Translations under genes and position numbers: made by a program
Assembly (NCBI GenBank): GCA_031401815.1
Contig: JANNRW010000143.1
Location: 1-55,440 of the forward strand
Direction of reading: 5' to 3'
DNA length: 55,440 nucleotides
From: Geobacteraceae bacterium
GTDB taxonomy: Bacteria; Desulfobacterota; Desulfuromonadia; Geobacterales; DSM-12255
In this document: positions 28,586 to 39,859 of the stretch, one piece after another
How the letters are laid out: the number at the start of each line of letters is the position of its first letter
Position numbering within the stretch: position 1 is the first letter of the stretch
The notes under the pieces: model-generated
The model's input: the letters and a program-made list of their open reading frames with translations, nothing else
Told to the model about the DNA's origin: nothing
Database searches by the model: none

Positions 28586-30898
28586 TTATTCAAGTGCTTC
28601 AGCAAAGACCTGCCTGATGTCTTCTGCAAAAATAAAGTCGAGCTCCTTGCGAATCTCTTCCGGTATGTCATCAAGATCATTTCTGTTCCGCTCGGGAATT
28701 ATCAGACGTGTTACCCCAGCCCGACGAGCCGCCAGAGCCTTCTCTTTCAGCCCTCCAATTGCCAGGACCCTGCCAGTCAGGCTGATTTCGCCGGTCATGG
28801 CAATATCCCTTTTTGCGAGACGCCCTGTCATAAGTGAGACAAGGGCGGTCGCCATGGTTATCCCTGCTGAAGGGCCATCTTTAGGGATGCTGCCGGCCGG
28901 GACATGAATATGGATGGCAATGTCACTGAAAGAATTTTCTGCAATTCCAAGCTCCATGAAGTTAGCCTCTGCAAAAGAGAGCGCTGTCCTTGCCGACTCC
29001 TTCATGACTTCACCGAGGGAACCGGTGAGAATAAGTTCCCCCTTCCCCTTCATTTTCGTAGCTTCTACAAAAATTATATCTCCTCCAACCTCTGTCCAGG
29101 CGAGGCCAGTAACAACCCCGACACGATCTTTTTCAGCAGCAACTTCATTAAAATAAAGGGGATGCCCCAGAAACTCTTCGACCAGTTCGGAAGTTATCGG
29201 GGTTCGCATGATCTTTTTCTGGGTTATTTCCCGGGCAGTTTTGCGAAAGAGAGTAGCGATGTTTCTCTGGAGGTTTCTTACCCCGGCCTCTCGTGTATAG
29301 TCGCTTATGATTCTTGCCAGAGCTGCGGAAGAGATCTCAGGAGGGGTATCTGACAGGCCGTTTTCTTCAATTTCTCTCGGAATCAGATAGCGATTAGCAA
29401 TATGCTCCTTCTCTTCCCTGGTATAACCGGAAAGCCTTATTACCTCCATCCTGTCTTTCAGGGCAGGGGGTATCGGGTCAAGTTGATTTGCTGTGGTTAT
29501 GAACATGACGTTACGTAGGTCAAAAGGGAGATCAAGATAGTGATCAGTGAATGTATTGTTCTGCTCCGGGTCAAGTACTTCGAGGAGGGCACTTGAAGGA
29601 TCCCCTCGGAAATCGAGGCCAATCTTGTCAACTTCATCCAGCATGAAGACAGGATTGTTGGCACCACAACGGTAAATCTCCTGGATGATTCTTCCTGGAA
29701 GTGATCCTATATAGGTTCGTCGATGGCCGCGAATCTCCGCAACATCACGCATTCCGCCCAGAGAAACGCGGATGAATTTTCGGCCAAGCGCCCTGGCAAT
29801 CGAGCGACCAAGGCTGGTCTTTCCAACCCCCGGAGGGCCTACAAAGCAGAGTATCGGCCCCTTCATCTCATCTTTCAGGGTTTTTACTGCAAGATACTCC
29901 AGAATCCTCTCCTTGACCTTGACAAGATTGTAGTGATCATCGTTTAAAACCTCTTCAGCCTTGTTAATATCACGATTGTCAGTGGTGCTGATTTTCCATG
30001 GGATGCCGGCAAGGTAATCTAGATAAGTCCGTGAAACCGTATACTCCGGAGAGGCGGGGTTTATCTTCTCCAGTCTTTTCAGCTCCTTGTCAGCTACGGC
30101 TCGCACCTCATCCGGCATCAAGGCGGCACCCAGCTTCTTTTTAAGTTCATTAAGGTCAGTTTGCGGTTGCTCCTCTTCTCCCAGTTCATCCTTGATCTGC
30201 TTCATCTGCTCCCGCAGAAGATACTCTTTCTGGGTCTTGCCGACCCGCTTTGAAACCTCTGCCTGCACCTCCCCCTTGATCTGAAGGCGCTGTACTTCGC
30301 TTGTAAGATGAGAATAGACCTTTTTTATCCTCTCGATCGGATCTATGGTCGCAAGCAGCTCCTGCTGCTCATCAAGCGGCAGATTCACATAGATTGCCAC
30401 CAGATCCGAAAGCCTGGCCGGATTGTCAATATAGTCAATCAACTTCATGACATCTTCAGGAAGGGGTCTGCCGTAGGAGAGGGAGATTTTCAAAAGGGCA
30501 GAAAGGCTTGATACAAGAGCATCCGAGACAATCGTCTTCTCGGCAAACTCCCGGAGAGCTTCGATTCGCGCCAGAGGAAACGGTCTTTCAACCGGAACTT
30601 CCAACAGCTTTACTCTCGACAGCCCCTCTAAAGTTACTTTTGTGGTCTGATCCGCCAGACGGGTCATCTTCGTTATACGGCAGACAGTTCCTATCTCATT
30701 GAGGGATTCGAACAGGTCAGACTCACCCTCCCGCCTGATCCTGAAGAGAGCGACAAGGTTATTATAACCTACGGCATCCTCAAAAATGAGCCGCTCATTC
30801 TCTTTGAGGAATATTGTGATCAGCATGTACGGGAATGCAACCAGTTCTCGCAAGGGGTATATCGGGACTATTTCTGGTATGTGGATTGAATCTGGCAT
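28586..30898 (-). CDS. lon: ATP-dependent Lon protease
   Basis: LON N-domain, Walker A GPPGVGKTS, and a catalytic PKDGPSAGIT Ser with a downstream Lys; 770 aa. Confidence 0.97.
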   Translation of the reverse strand: MPDSIHIPEIVPIYPLRELVAFPYMLITIFLKENERLIFEDAVGYNNLVALFRIRREGESDLFESLNEIGTVCRITKMTRLADQTTKVTLEGLSRVKLLEVPVERPFPLARIEALREFAEKTIVSDALVSSLSALLKISLSYGRPLPEDVMKLIDYIDNPARLSDLVAIYVNLPLDEQQELLATIDPIERIKKVYSHLTSEVQRLQIKGEVQAEVSKRVGKTQKEYLLREQMKQIKDELGEEEQPQTDLNELKKKLGAALMPDEVRAVADKELKRLEKINPASPEYTVSRTYLDYLAGIPWKISTTDNRDINKAEEVLNDDHYNLVKVKERILEYLAVKTLKDEMKGPILCFVGPPGVGKTSLGRSIARALGRKFIRVSLGGMRDVAEIRGHRRTYIGSLPGRIIQEIYRCGANNPVFMLDEVDKIGLDFRGDPSSALLEVLDPEQNNTFTDHYLDLPFDLRNVMFITTANQLDPIPPALKDRMEVIRLSGYTREEKEHIANRYLIPREIEENGLSDTPPEISSAALARIISDYTREAGVRNLQRNIATLFRKTAREITQKKIMRTPITSELVEEFLGHPLYFNEVAAEKDRVGVVTGLAWTEVGGDIIFVEATKMKGKGELILTGSLGEVMKESARTALSFAEANFMELGIAENSFSDIAIHIHVPAGSIPKDGPSAGITMATALVSLMTGRLAKRDIAMTGEISLTGRVLAIGGLKEKALAARRAGVTRLIIPERNRNDLDDIPEEIRKELDFIFAEDIRQVFAEALE

Positions 30899-30925
30899 AT
30901 CGAGCCTTCAGCTGGAGTTGGTTTT

Positions 30926-31082
30926 GATGCACTCGCAAAAAGTCTTTTCCCCCTCCCTTGACGGGAGGGGGTCAGGGGGTGGGTGAAGTTGCAACATGCT
31001 GAAATCATGGCATCTTCCCCCCCACCCTAACCCTCCCCCGCCAGGGGGGAGGGGACTTGTTTAGAGAATTTGCGAGTGCATC
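30926..31082. repeat. family A MITE-like element, copy 3
   Basis: Perfect 14-bp terminal inverted repeats GATGCACTCGCAAA / TTTGCGAGTGCATC. Internal hairpins are CCCCCTCCCTTGACGGGAGGGGG and CCCTCCCCCGCCAGGGGGGAGGGG. Confidence 0.88.
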
Positions 31083-31273
31083 ATTTTTGACAGACTGTTT
31101 CTGTTTAAGATTAACTACCTGACAGGCGAGTGTCAAGGTGAGATAGAGATAGAACAATTTTATACATGGACAGAAACTGCAAAAATATGTAACATTGTTT
31201 GATAAATGGCTGAAGAAACTGTTGGTTTCAGTTTCTGGCATGAATAAATAGGGCATACATCAGATGGTGCTGC

Positions 31274-32293
31274 ATGACTGTTGAAAAGAGATCGCCTGTT
31301 GTTTCAATCCTCATGCCGGTGCGCAATGAAGGAAGATTCCTCCCGGCAGCGATTCTTTCAATGCAGCGACAGACTTTTACTGACTGGGAGCTCGTGGCTG
31401 TTGATGACAGCTCCAGTGATAATACAGCCAGAATTCTGGCTGATGCCGCAGCAGGCGACAAACGTATTATCGTACTGCAAAATCCCGCTCAGGGTCTTGT
31501 CCCAGCATTGAATTACGGCCTTGCTGCCTGCAGGGCAGATCTTGTCGCCAGGATGGACGGTGATGACATCTCTCACCCCGAGCGACTTGCTGTGCAGATA
31601 AACCTGCTGAACTCAAACAGTGAGATCGGACTTGTTGCCTGCTCTTTTCGTCATTTTCCAAGGCAGGTTCTACGCTCCGGTATGCTTGGTTATGAAAAGT
31701 GGCAGAACTCCCTCGACACTCATGATAAAACAGTGGCCGATATCTTTGTAGAGTCACCATTTGTTCACCCTGGGGTAATGTTTCGCAAGGGGCTGGTGAC
31801 TGAAATTGGCGGTTACCGGCAGATGGGCTGGGCAGAGGATTATGATCTATGGCTCAGGCTAGCAGCAGGCGGCACCAGGTTCGCCAGAACAGTCAAACCC
31901 CTGCTTTTCTGGCGCGACCGACCGGAGAGGGCAACCAGGACAATGCCAGAGTACTCCCTGGAGTCATTCAGGAGATGCAAGCTTCATCATTTGCAAGCCG
32001 GATTCCTTGCCGGTGTGGAGAGTGTGGTTCTGGCCGGAGCAGGCAAGGAAGGGCGAGCCTGGCGCAGAATTTTGATGGATAAAGGGATAACGGTCTCCCT
32101 CTGGGTTGATGTTGACCCCTTGAAGTCAGGCCGAATACTTCATGGTGTAAATGTAGTTACCCCTCAAGAAGTTTCACCCAAAGATGGTAAACTGCTTATT
32201 ACTGTAGGAACCCGTGGCGCACGGTCTGGAATACGTCAATGGGCAGACAGTGCGGGCTTTGTAGATGGAACAGATTACATCTGCGTTACGTAA
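31274..32293 (+). CDS. family 2 glycosyltransferase with C-terminal Rossmann-like extension
   Basis: [10 protein letters not shown]...[10 protein letters not shown] and DGDD motifs. The last ~100 aa ([12 protein letters not shown]...) resemble a nucleotide-binding domain. Confidence 0.8.
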   Translation: MTVEKRSPVVSILMPVRNEGRFLPAAILSMQRQTFTDWELVAVDDSSSDNTARILADAAAGDKRIIVLQNPAQGLVPALNYGLAACRADLVARMDGDDISHPERLAVQINLLNSNSEIGLVACSFRHFPRQVLRSGMLGYEKWQNSLDTHDKTVADIFVESPFVHPGVMFRKGLVTEIGGYRQMGWAEDYDLWLRLAAGGTRFARTVKPLLFWRDRPERATRTMPEYSLESFRRCKLHHLQAGFLAGVESVVLAGAGKEGRAWRRILMDKGITVSLWVDVDPLKSGRILHGVNVVTPQEVSPKDGKLLITVGTRGARSGIRQWADSAGFVDGTDYICVT

Positions 32294-32304
32294 GAGGCGG
32301 CAAA

Positions 32305-33483
32305 TTGAAGAGAATTGCACTGATCCCGGCGGCAGGTGCTGGAAAACGTATGGGCAGCTCAATAAACAAGCAGTATCTGCTTCTTGATGAGAAGCCGATA
32401 CTTGTCCACACGCTTAAACTTTTTGAAAATTCGGGATTTATTGATGAAATCTACCTGATAGTCCCGGAGAACGAAATAGACTACTGCCGCAAAGAGGTTG
32501 TTGAGCGTTACGAATTCAATAAAGTAAAACAGATAGTTGCAGGTGGCGCAGAGCGGCAGCATTCTGTTCTTAACGGCCTTAGAGCGATAAAAAATGCTGA
32601 GCCAGATGACATAATACTGATTCATGACGGAGTCAGACCGTTTGTGTCACCTGAGATAATCCAGCGTTCAGTCGAAATAGCCCTGGCTCATAAAAGCGCT
32701 CTGGTGGCTGTACCGGTAAAGGATACCGTGAAAATCGCACGAGATGGTTTTGCCATCAGCTCCCCCCCCCGTGCAACTCTCTGGCTTGCCCAGACACCGC
32801 AGGCATTTTGCTTCAGCACCATCCTTGCTGCCCATGAGAGCGCAGCAGCAGAAGGCTTTATCGGGACGGATGATGCATCTCTTCTTGAGAGGGTTGGTGA
32901 AAAGAGCCATATTGTTGTTGGTGATTACCGGAATATCAAGATTACTACCCCGGAAGACCTGATTCTGGCTGAAACTTTTATTAGTGAGTCGAGGTCTCAA
33001 AATCGTATGCGAATCGGACATGGTTATGATGTACACTGTCTCGTGGCAGAGCGTAAACTGATTCTGGGCGGAGTTGAAATCCCTTTTGAAAAGGGGCTGC
33101 TCGGGCATTCGGATGCCGATGTACTGTTGCATGCAATCACTGACGCTCTGTTGGGAGCAATAGGCGAAGGTGACCTGGGACGACATTTCCCGGACACTGA
33201 CCCTGCCTACAGGGGGGTATCGAGTATCCGGCTGTTAAAGCAAGCCATGAAGCTTGCAGAGAAAAAGGGGTACACTGCCGGGAACATTGATGCTACGATA
33301 GTCGCACAGCGTCCTAAACTGGCTCCGTACATCACACTCATGAAGAGTAATATCGCCTCGGCACTGGAATGCGATCCCGACAGAATCAACATCAAGGCGA
33401 CAACAACCGAGGGGCTTGGTTTTGCAGGGCGTGGTGAAGGGATTGCAGCCTATGCTGTAGCGCTTATGCATAAGCAGAATTAG
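32305..33483 (+). CDS. ispDF: bifunctional MEP cytidylyltransferase / MEcPP synthase
   Basis: [11 protein letters not shown] (IspD) and [18 protein letters not shown] (IspF). The TTG 32305 start after AAGAGG is preferred to the overlapping ORF-track start. Confidence 0.93.
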   Translation: MKRIALIPAAGAGKRMGSSINKQYLLLDEKPILVHTLKLFENSGFIDEIYLIVPENEIDYCRKEVVERYEFNKVKQIVAGGAERQHSVLNGLRAIKNAEPDDIILIHDGVRPFVSPEIIQRSVEIALAHKSALVAVPVKDTVKIARDGFAISSPPRATLWLAQTPQAFCFSTILAAHESAAAEGFIGTDDASLLERVGEKSHIVVGDYRNIKITTPEDLILAETFISESRSQNRMRIGHGYDVHCLVAERKLILGGVEIPFEKGLLGHSDADVLLHAITDALLGAIGEGDLGRHFPDTDPAYRGVSSIRLLKQAMKLAEKKGYTAGNIDATIVAQRPKLAPYITLMKSNIASALECDPDRINIKATTTEGLGFAGRGEGIAAYAVALMHKQN

Positions 33484-33486
33484 CAG

Positions 33487-35373
33487 ATGAGGAGCCTGCA
33501 TACATTTATGAAGCTGAACATTCTGATAATCAGCCAGAATGAAAATATTCGCAGTATCCTTTCCAGTTTCCTGGCTGTTGAAGGGCACGAGGCGAGGTCT
33601 GCCTCGAATCAATCTGACGGGATTGAAGCAATCTCTTCAAATCGTCCGGATCTTGTAATAATAGAGGTTTCAATGCCCGAAATTTCGGCCATTGAAACAG
33701 TAAAAGTATTACATAGAGGGAGTACAACCAGGTCAATCCCGGTAATTGTGATTTCCGACTTTACAGAACTTGAAATTGAGCTATTGCATATTTTTGATTT
33801 CATCTGCAAACCTGTTGATCTTGCAAGACTGCGAGAAGACCTCGAAATCCTTGCACAGGGGCGAAAAAAGCGAGGGAATCAGGCAGACGCCGACCAGCTA
33901 TCAGCAGAAGATCACATAAAATTTCACGATTTTCTGATTGCTCACTCCGGTCTTCATTTTGAAAGAAGGAACATCAAAATGCTGGAGCGCGGCCTGAAAA
34001 ACAGAATGACTGCACTAAGGATAACCAGATTCGCAGACTACTTTGATTTTTTAAACAAAAACCGTGAGAAACGTTTGGAACTTCAAAAACTCCTTCAGTT
34101 TCTGACTGTAGGGGAAACCTTTTTCTTTCGCTATCACCCCCACTTTTCTGTTCTTGCCAGCAGGATAACCTCTCTCAAGGAAAAGCATGCCGAACACTCT
34201 CCACTCCGGTTCTGGTCAGCAGGCTGCGCTACCGGGGAAGAGCCGTACTCGATAGCAATGACGATAATGGAGAGCCTTCCTGACTGGAAAAAACGGAACA
34301 TCAGAATATTTGCTACCGACATCAACAATCTTGCCCTCAAAAGTGCCCGTGAAGGGGTATACAGTTCATGGAAAATGCGGGTCACAGAGAAGAAATATCT
34401 TGATAAATACTTCAAAAAGATTGGAGAGAGTTATGTTGTCAGGGATGAGGTGAAATCTCTGGTCGAATTTTCGCATGTAAATCTTCAGGAGGCAGTTGTT
34501 GACTCTTCTTCCCTGCCAAAAGGTTTTGATGCTATCTTCTGCCGGAATGTCATGATCTACTTCACAACTTCAACAACAAAAAAAGTTGTGGAAACTTTCA
34601 ATACTTTATTAAAACCGGGCGGCGCTCTCTTCCTTGGTCATGCAGAAACCCTGGCGCACATATCTTCCGAATTTGACCGGCATCTCCATGAGGGGGGCTT
34701 TTATTACCTGAAAAAGATTGAATCGCCACCTGCAAAGACAGATACAGCCTCTGAGCTGAAGCCGGTTAACAGGAACCAGGATATTAAATTAGCCTCTGCC
34801 CCATTACCAGGGAAGGTCTCCTCGCCAGCTTTGCCTGCACCAACAGACATAACAGTCGAGATCGAGAAACTTTTCAGACAGGGAACCACTTTAATCGAAC
34901 AGGAAAAATTCCGTGAAGCAGAAAACCCGTTAAGGCAGATCCTGGCTCTGGAACCGCAACATACAGGAGCGATTCTTGCCGAGAGCCTTATTCAGGCAAA
35001 TAATGGTCATATCAAGAATGCACTTCAAACCTGCAACAGGGTGCTCGTAATTAACGACCTTGTGCCTGAGGCTTATTATCTGCGGGGACTTCTCTATGAA
35101 ATGACTGACAGAGAAGAGGATGCCGTTCATGAGTACAGAAAGGCAATACTCCTTGATATGGATTTTGTCATGCCCCATTATCAGCTTGGCAAGCTCTATT
35201 TTCGGACAGGTCAGCAGAAATCAGGGGCAAGGGAGCTGAAAAACAGCCTGAAACTTCTGGAGAAATCGGGCAGGGAATCGATTATTCCTTACTCCGGCGG
35301 CTTATCCAGAGAGGTTTTTCTTGGGCAGCTCACTAATGAGCTGGTTCGCGTAGAAATGATGATGACAGCTTGA
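33487..35373 (+). CDS. cheR: CheR-type methyltransferase with N-terminal degenerate receiver domain and C-terminal TPR repeats
   Basis: REC-like fold at the N-terminus, SAM motif RFWSAGCATGEEPYSIAM, and TPR helices in the last ~170 aa. The start may be ATG 33508. Confidence 0.85.
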   Translation: MRSLHTFMKLNILIISQNENIRSILSSFLAVEGHEARSASNQSDGIEAISSNRPDLVIIEVSMPEISAIETVKVLHRGSTTRSIPVIVISDFTELEIELLHIFDFICKPVDLARLREDLEILAQGRKKRGNQADADQLSAEDHIKFHDFLIAHSGLHFERRNIKMLERGLKNRMTALRITRFADYFDFLNKNREKRLELQKLLQFLTVGETFFFRYHPHFSVLASRITSLKEKHAEHSPLRFWSAGCATGEEPYSIAMTIMESLPDWKKRNIRIFATDINNLALKSAREGVYSSWKMRVTEKKYLDKYFKKIGESYVVRDEVKSLVEFSHVNLQEAVVDSSSLPKGFDAIFCRNVMIYFTTSTTKKVVETFNTLLKPGGALFLGHAETLAHISSEFDRHLHEGGFYYLKKIESPPAKTDTASELKPVNRNQDIKLASAPLPGKVSSPALPAPTDITVEIEKLFRQGTTLIEQEKFREAENPLRQILALEPQHTGAILAESLIQANNGHIKNALQTCNRVLVINDLVPEAYYLRGLLYEMTDREEDAVHEYRKAILLDMDFVMPHYQLGKLYFRTGQQKSGARELKNSLKLLEKSGRESIIPYSGGLSREVFLGQLTNELVRVEMMMTA

Positions 35374-35393
35374 AGAAAGGAGATGTTTCCCTA

Positions 35394-35933
35394 ATGGCAG
35401 ATAACAGGTCATATGACATCCGCTCCATCCTGAACGAGATGCGCCAGGAGTACTGGCAAGGGCTTGCAGAAGTTGCTCAGATACAGGAGGAACAGCTTGA
35501 ATGCCTGACATTTACCCTGGGTGGTGAGCTGTATGCTTTTGAAACCAGCTATGCCGCCGAGGTTATCCGTGTTCCGAAACTTGTCCGGGTGCCAGGGGTG
35601 CAGACTATAATTATCGGAATCTTCAATCTGAGGGGCGAGATCATAGCGGCAATGGACATCAGATCCATGCTTGCCATCCAGATGCCGGCTATCACCCCTG
35701 ATGCCAGGCTTATCGTCATAAGAGCAACAAACTTCACAACCGCCATCCTTGCCGATACAGTGCAGGGGGTGGTCTCTTTTTCTCTCGGCATGTTCGAACC
35801 GGTAGTTAAATCTGTCGAGAGCAGTGCCCGTGAACTTATTCGCGGGCAGGTAAACCACGACGGAAAGATGGCAATGCTGCTCGATATGGCAAAACTGCTG
35901 GAGTCGCCAGCGTTGGTAGTCAATCACTCATAA
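35394..35933 (+). CDS. cheW: chemotaxis coupling protein CheW
   Basis: LTFTLGGELYAFE...GIFNLRGEIIAAMDIR. ATG 35394 follows AAAGGAGA. Confidence 0.9.
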   Translation: MADNRSYDIRSILNEMRQEYWQGLAEVAQIQEEQLECLTFTLGGELYAFETSYAAEVIRVPKLVRVPGVQTIIIGIFNLRGEIIAAMDIRSMLAIQMPAITPDARLIVIRATNFTTAILADTVQGVVSFSLGMFEPVVKSVESSARELIRGQVNHDGKMAMLLDMAKLLESPALVVNHS

Positions 35934-35942
35934 GGAGTTTCT

Positions 35943-37682
35943 ATGTCCAGTAAAGTATCAGTCAAGATTGCCGGTATTCTCATCATGGTCATGATGCTGA
36001 TCATGACGATCTTCACGGTCTATTTTGTGAACTCCCGTAGCGCAAACATGGAGGAAGAGCTCCTGTTGATTGCGAAGATCGAGGCATTGACCGGGGCAAA
36101 GATGATGGAACAGGTTCTGGAAGAGATGATCAACAGCGGACGCTTCACAGAAGACGAAGTTTTTGATACCAACTACATTCCGATTCCGAATACTGATCCG
36201 CAAAAATATCATACACGTTATGACAGCTACCTGGACAAGGTCATCCTGAAAATTGAGGATGAGTACCTGAAAGATGAACAGGTGGTCTTTGCTGTTCTGG
36301 TAGACAAGAATGGCTATCTCCCGACACATAACAGCAGATATACCAAACCCCTGACCGGAGACAAGGAGACCGACAAGGTAGGAAACAGAACCAAGCGGCT
36401 CTTCAATGATCCGGTAGGGCTTGCCGCAGCAAAAAACCGGCAGGAATTCCTGAAACAGGTATATGCAAGGGATACCGGGGAGAAGATGTGGGACATCTCT
36501 GCGCCTGTCATGGTTAAGGGGAAACATTGGGGAGGATTCAGGATAGGCTCCTCCATGCTCAAGATGGAGAAGAAAATTTCGCAGCTAAAAGCCCAGATCA
36601 TCATCTCCATGTTCATAATGCTTCTAGTGGCAAGTCTGACCATTTACCTTGTAGTCAAGCATTACATGCAGCCACTGCTCCGACTCACGCAGGTAGCGCG
36701 GCGGATTGCAGACGGCAATCTTGATGAGGAGGTCCGTGTTGAAAGCCGGGATGAGATAGGAACCCTGGCTGAGGCATTCAACAAGATGACAACTGTCATT
36801 GTGAAAAATCTGAAGGTTGAGATAGAAAAGAGCAATCGCCTGATAGTTTCCATTAAAGACGCGATAGTTCATCTTTCAAGCTCCGCAAACCAGATGATGG
36901 CTATCAGCGTCCAGCAATCTTCGGGCTCCTCTGAACAGGCTGCAGCTGTACAGGAGGTAACAACAACGTCAGAAGAGATCGCCATTACTGCAAAACAGAT
37001 AACCAGCAACGCTGTTTCGGTCGAAAAGATGGCTGAATCGACCAGCCAGAGTTGCCACGTCGGCACGCGGGAAGTAAGTAATGCAATCAACGGAATGGCG
37101 CTTCTAAAGTCACAGGTGCAGAGTATTGCCGAAAGCATGCTCAAACTGGGAGACAACAGCCAGAAGATAGGCGGAATTGTTGAAATAATTGACGAAATCA
37201 GTGATCAGACAAACCTTCTTGCCTTGAATGCTGCCATAGAGGCCGCCGGAGCCGGAGAAGCCGGAAAGCGTTTTGCCATAGTAGCGCAGGAGGTTCGTCG
37301 GCTTGCCGAGAGGACGGTTGAAGCAACCAGGCAGATCAAGAGCCTGATAGAAGAGATCCAGAAGTCAACGAATTCAACGATAATGGTTACCGAAGAGGGT
37401 ACAAAAGCTGTAGATTCAGCGGCTCATCTGGTAGACAAGGTACAGCTCTCTTTCGGGAATATCATCGGCTCGGTGGAAGAGACCGCCAGATCCGCCAAAG
37501 AGATAACCCTCTCTACTCAGCAGCAGACTTCTGCATGCGAGCAGATGGCCGAGACCATGACCGAAGTCCGTGATGTCGCCCAACAGGTCGCCGGTAGCGC
37601 CAGGGAGACTGAGAGAGCGATATCTGAAATAATCGCCTTGACGGAAAAGCTACAGACACTGGTTGAAGAGGATTCAAAGTAG
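35943..37682 (+). CDS. methyl-accepting chemotaxis protein (2 TM, ~190-aa periplasmic domain, HAMP)
   Basis: TM1/TM2, HAMP (LAEAFNKM), and signalling hairpin [37 protein letters not shown]. Confidence 0.92.
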   Translation: MSSKVSVKIAGILIMVMMLIMTIFTVYFVNSRSANMEEELLLIAKIEALTGAKMMEQVLEEMINSGRFTEDEVFDTNYIPIPNTDPQKYHTRYDSYLDKVILKIEDEYLKDEQVVFAVLVDKNGYLPTHNSRYTKPLTGDKETDKVGNRTKRLFNDPVGLAAAKNRQEFLKQVYARDTGEKMWDISAPVMVKGKHWGGFRIGSSMLKMEKKISQLKAQIIISMFIMLLVASLTIYLVVKHYMQPLLRLTQVARRIADGNLDEEVRVESRDEIGTLAEAFNKMTTVIVKNLKVEIEKSNRLIVSIKDAIVHLSSSANQMMAISVQQSSGSSEQAAAVQEVTTTSEEIAITAKQITSNAVSVEKMAESTSQSCHVGTREVSNAINGMALLKSQVQSIAESMLKLGDNSQKIGGIVEIIDEISDQTNLLALNAAIEAAGAGEAGKRFAIVAQEVRRLAERTVEATRQIKSLIEEIQKSTNSTIMVTEEGTKAVDSAAHLVDKVQLSFGNIIGSVEETARSAKEITLSTQQQTSACEQMAETMTEVRDVAQQVAGSARETERAISEIIALTEKLQTLVEEDSK

Positions 37683-37804
37683 AGAGAGGGCTTGCAACCA
37701 TTTGTCATCGGGAGCAAGCCGCAACCCATTGATGCAAATGTATATTCTTCGGAGCTATAACTAAACTGATGTTTTCTTTTTATGAGTTATCAGAAGAGGC
37801 CTGA

Positions 37805-39859
37805 ATGGCAACAAAGTATCTCGACATTTTTCTGAAAGAGGCTGAAGAGCATCTCGGATCATTGCAAAAATGGCTTCTGGTTCTGGAAAAAGAGCCGGAA
37901 AACAAGACTCTGCTCCACGATCTTCTCCGGAACGCGCACACCCTCAAAGGCTCAGCCAGAATGCTCGGCTTTGAGGAGATAAGCGTTATTGCCCATAAAA
38001 TGGAAGATTTTTTCAAGGAGATGGAAGAGGGGGAGCGCACAGTCAACTCTGCTGCTGTTGAACTAATGCTACAGGGGTCTGATGCTATAAGCCGGATGAT
38101 TGATGCGCTGGCAAAAGGTGAGAACTCCCCTGTAGATATTGATCTTTTCATGGCGGCTTTTGAAAAGGGTCAATCAACAGCCGAAGCGATCAGGGAGAGT
38201 TCAAAGCCGGAGACAGAAGCATTCGGTGATACGGTCAGAACCAGTGTCAAGACCCTTGACAGCCTTGTCAACCTTCTGGGCGAACTGATAATCAATAAAA
38301 AGCGATTTGAGGACAAATCGTCCGAGCTCAAATCTCTTGGCCGTTCAGGGGATGCCTTTGTACCTGTTGCCCGGCTCCGGGAGTTTCATCAGGCATTTGA
38401 AGAAGATGTACTTTATCTCGGTTTTCTTATTCAGGAGCTTCATACCGAAGCAATGGCGCTCAGAATGCTCCCCCTCAAAACAGTTACCGAGGGTTTCAGG
38501 AGGATGGTTCGTGACCTCTCCAAATCCCAGGGGAAAGAGGTTGAGCTTGAAATTCTCGGAGAACATATCGAAGTTGACAGGGTTCTGCTTGAGAGCCTCA
38601 AGCCGATGTTTCTGCATATGCTTACAAATGCCGTAGATCACGGGATTGAACTTCCTGATGAGCGGGTGGCCAGGGGTAAACCTGCCAAAGGGACGATCCG
38701 CCTTGCTGCCAGACATGAAGGGAACAGCGTAGTCATTGAAATTCGTGATGACGGCTCCGGGATGGATCCGAAAAAAATCAAGCAGATTGCGCTAAGGCGT
38801 GGCGTAATCGATAAAGACGAGGCTGAGATGCTGCGAGATGATGAAGCGCTCTATCTCACCCTGCGCCCCGGATTTTCAACCAGCGAAATCGTTACCGACA
38901 TATCCGGTCGTGGAGTCGGTATGGATGTCGTCAAAATGAGCATTGAAAAGGTAAAAGGGAACCTGACTCTCAAAAGCGAAGTTGGGAAATATACCGAAGT
39001 TCAGCTGCAACTTCCCCTGACTCTGGCGGTTATAGATGCGCTGATGGTTTCCTGTGCAGGAGAGGAGTTTGCCATACCACTATCTTATGTGCAGGAGACA
39101 ATAAAGATTCGTGGCGAGGACATTTCAACTGTTGCGGGTAAAGAGGTAATATCAGTTCGTAATGCCACAATATCACTGGTATCACTTGCTCAGCTTCTTG
39201 GCTTTGGCGATGAAAATACTTCCATCACCGGGGGGAAAGTCGCTGCTGTAATCCTGAAACAGCGTGACCAGGTAATTGCCTGTATAATTGACAAGAATCA
39301 CGGCACTGCAGAAATAGTAGTCAAAGGGCTTGGCGGACAGCTTAAACGTGTCCGTCATACTTTCGGAGCAACAATTCTGGGTGATGGCAATCCTGCTCTC
39401 ATACTTGATGTTCCCGATATTTTCGCTGTTTCAGAAGGTGTTTCAAGCGGTGGTGTGAGAAAGGCGATTCAACAGAATCAGTCCTTTGTATCACGAGGTA
39501 ATGTTCTGGTTGTTGATGACTCCGTTACAACCAGGACAATGGAAAAAAGTATCCTTGTTGCCAATGGTTATGAAGTAGTTATAGCTATCTCAGCGGAAGA
39601 TGCCCTTGAAAAAGTGGGTGGAGCAAATTTTGACCTCATCATATCTGATGTCGAAATGCCGGGTCTGAACGGTTTCGAGCTGACAGCAAGGCTCCGCACA
39701 ATGGATGAGTACCGTGGCACTCCGGTTATCATTGTATCTTCACTCTCCAGGGATGAACATAAACGAAAAGCAATTGAGGTCGGAGCGCAGGCTTATATTG
39801 TCAAGGGCGCATTTGAGCAGGGGACTCTGCTGGACACGGTTGAGGCGTTAATCGGATGA
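37805..39859 (+). CDS. cheA: CheA histidine kinase fused to C-terminal receiver
   Basis: HPt NAHTLKGSA, HATPase (NAVDHGIE, DDGSGMD, GRGVGMD), a CheW-like P5 domain and a canonical REC (VVDDS, ISDVEMPGLNG). Confidence 0.93.
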   Translation: MATKYLDIFLKEAEEHLGSLQKWLLVLEKEPENKTLLHDLLRNAHTLKGSARMLGFEEISVIAHKMEDFFKEMEEGERTVNSAAVELMLQGSDAISRMIDALAKGENSPVDIDLFMAAFEKGQSTAEAIRESSKPETEAFGDTVRTSVKTLDSLVNLLGELIINKKRFEDKSSELKSLGRSGDAFVPVARLREFHQAFEEDVLYLGFLIQELHTEAMALRMLPLKTVTEGFRRMVRDLSKSQGKEVELEILGEHIEVDRVLLESLKPMFLHMLTNAVDHGIELPDERVARGKPAKGTIRLAARHEGNSVVIEIRDDGSGMDPKKIKQIALRRGVIDKDEAEMLRDDEALYLTLRPGFSTSEIVTDISGRGVGMDVVKMSIEKVKGNLTLKSEVGKYTEVQLQLPLTLAVIDALMVSCAGEEFAIPLSYVQETIKIRGEDISTVAGKEVISVRNATISLVSLAQLLGFGDENTSITGGKVAAVILKQRDQVIACIIDKNHGTAEIVVKGLGGQLKRVRHTFGATILGDGNPALILDVPDIFAVSEGVSSGGVRKAIQQNQSFVSRGNVLVVDDSVTTRTMEKSILVANGYEVVIAISAEDALEKVGGANFDLIISDVEMPGLNGFELTARLRTMDEYRGTPVIIVSSLSRDEHKRKAIEVGAQAYIVKGAFEQGTLLDTVEALIG

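Noticed and set aside
31225-31250. TGGCAT motif as a sigma-54 promoter upstream of the glycosyltransferase gene.
   Set aside because: No GC/TTGC element sits at the required -12 spacing. The same applies to TGGCAT at 13074.
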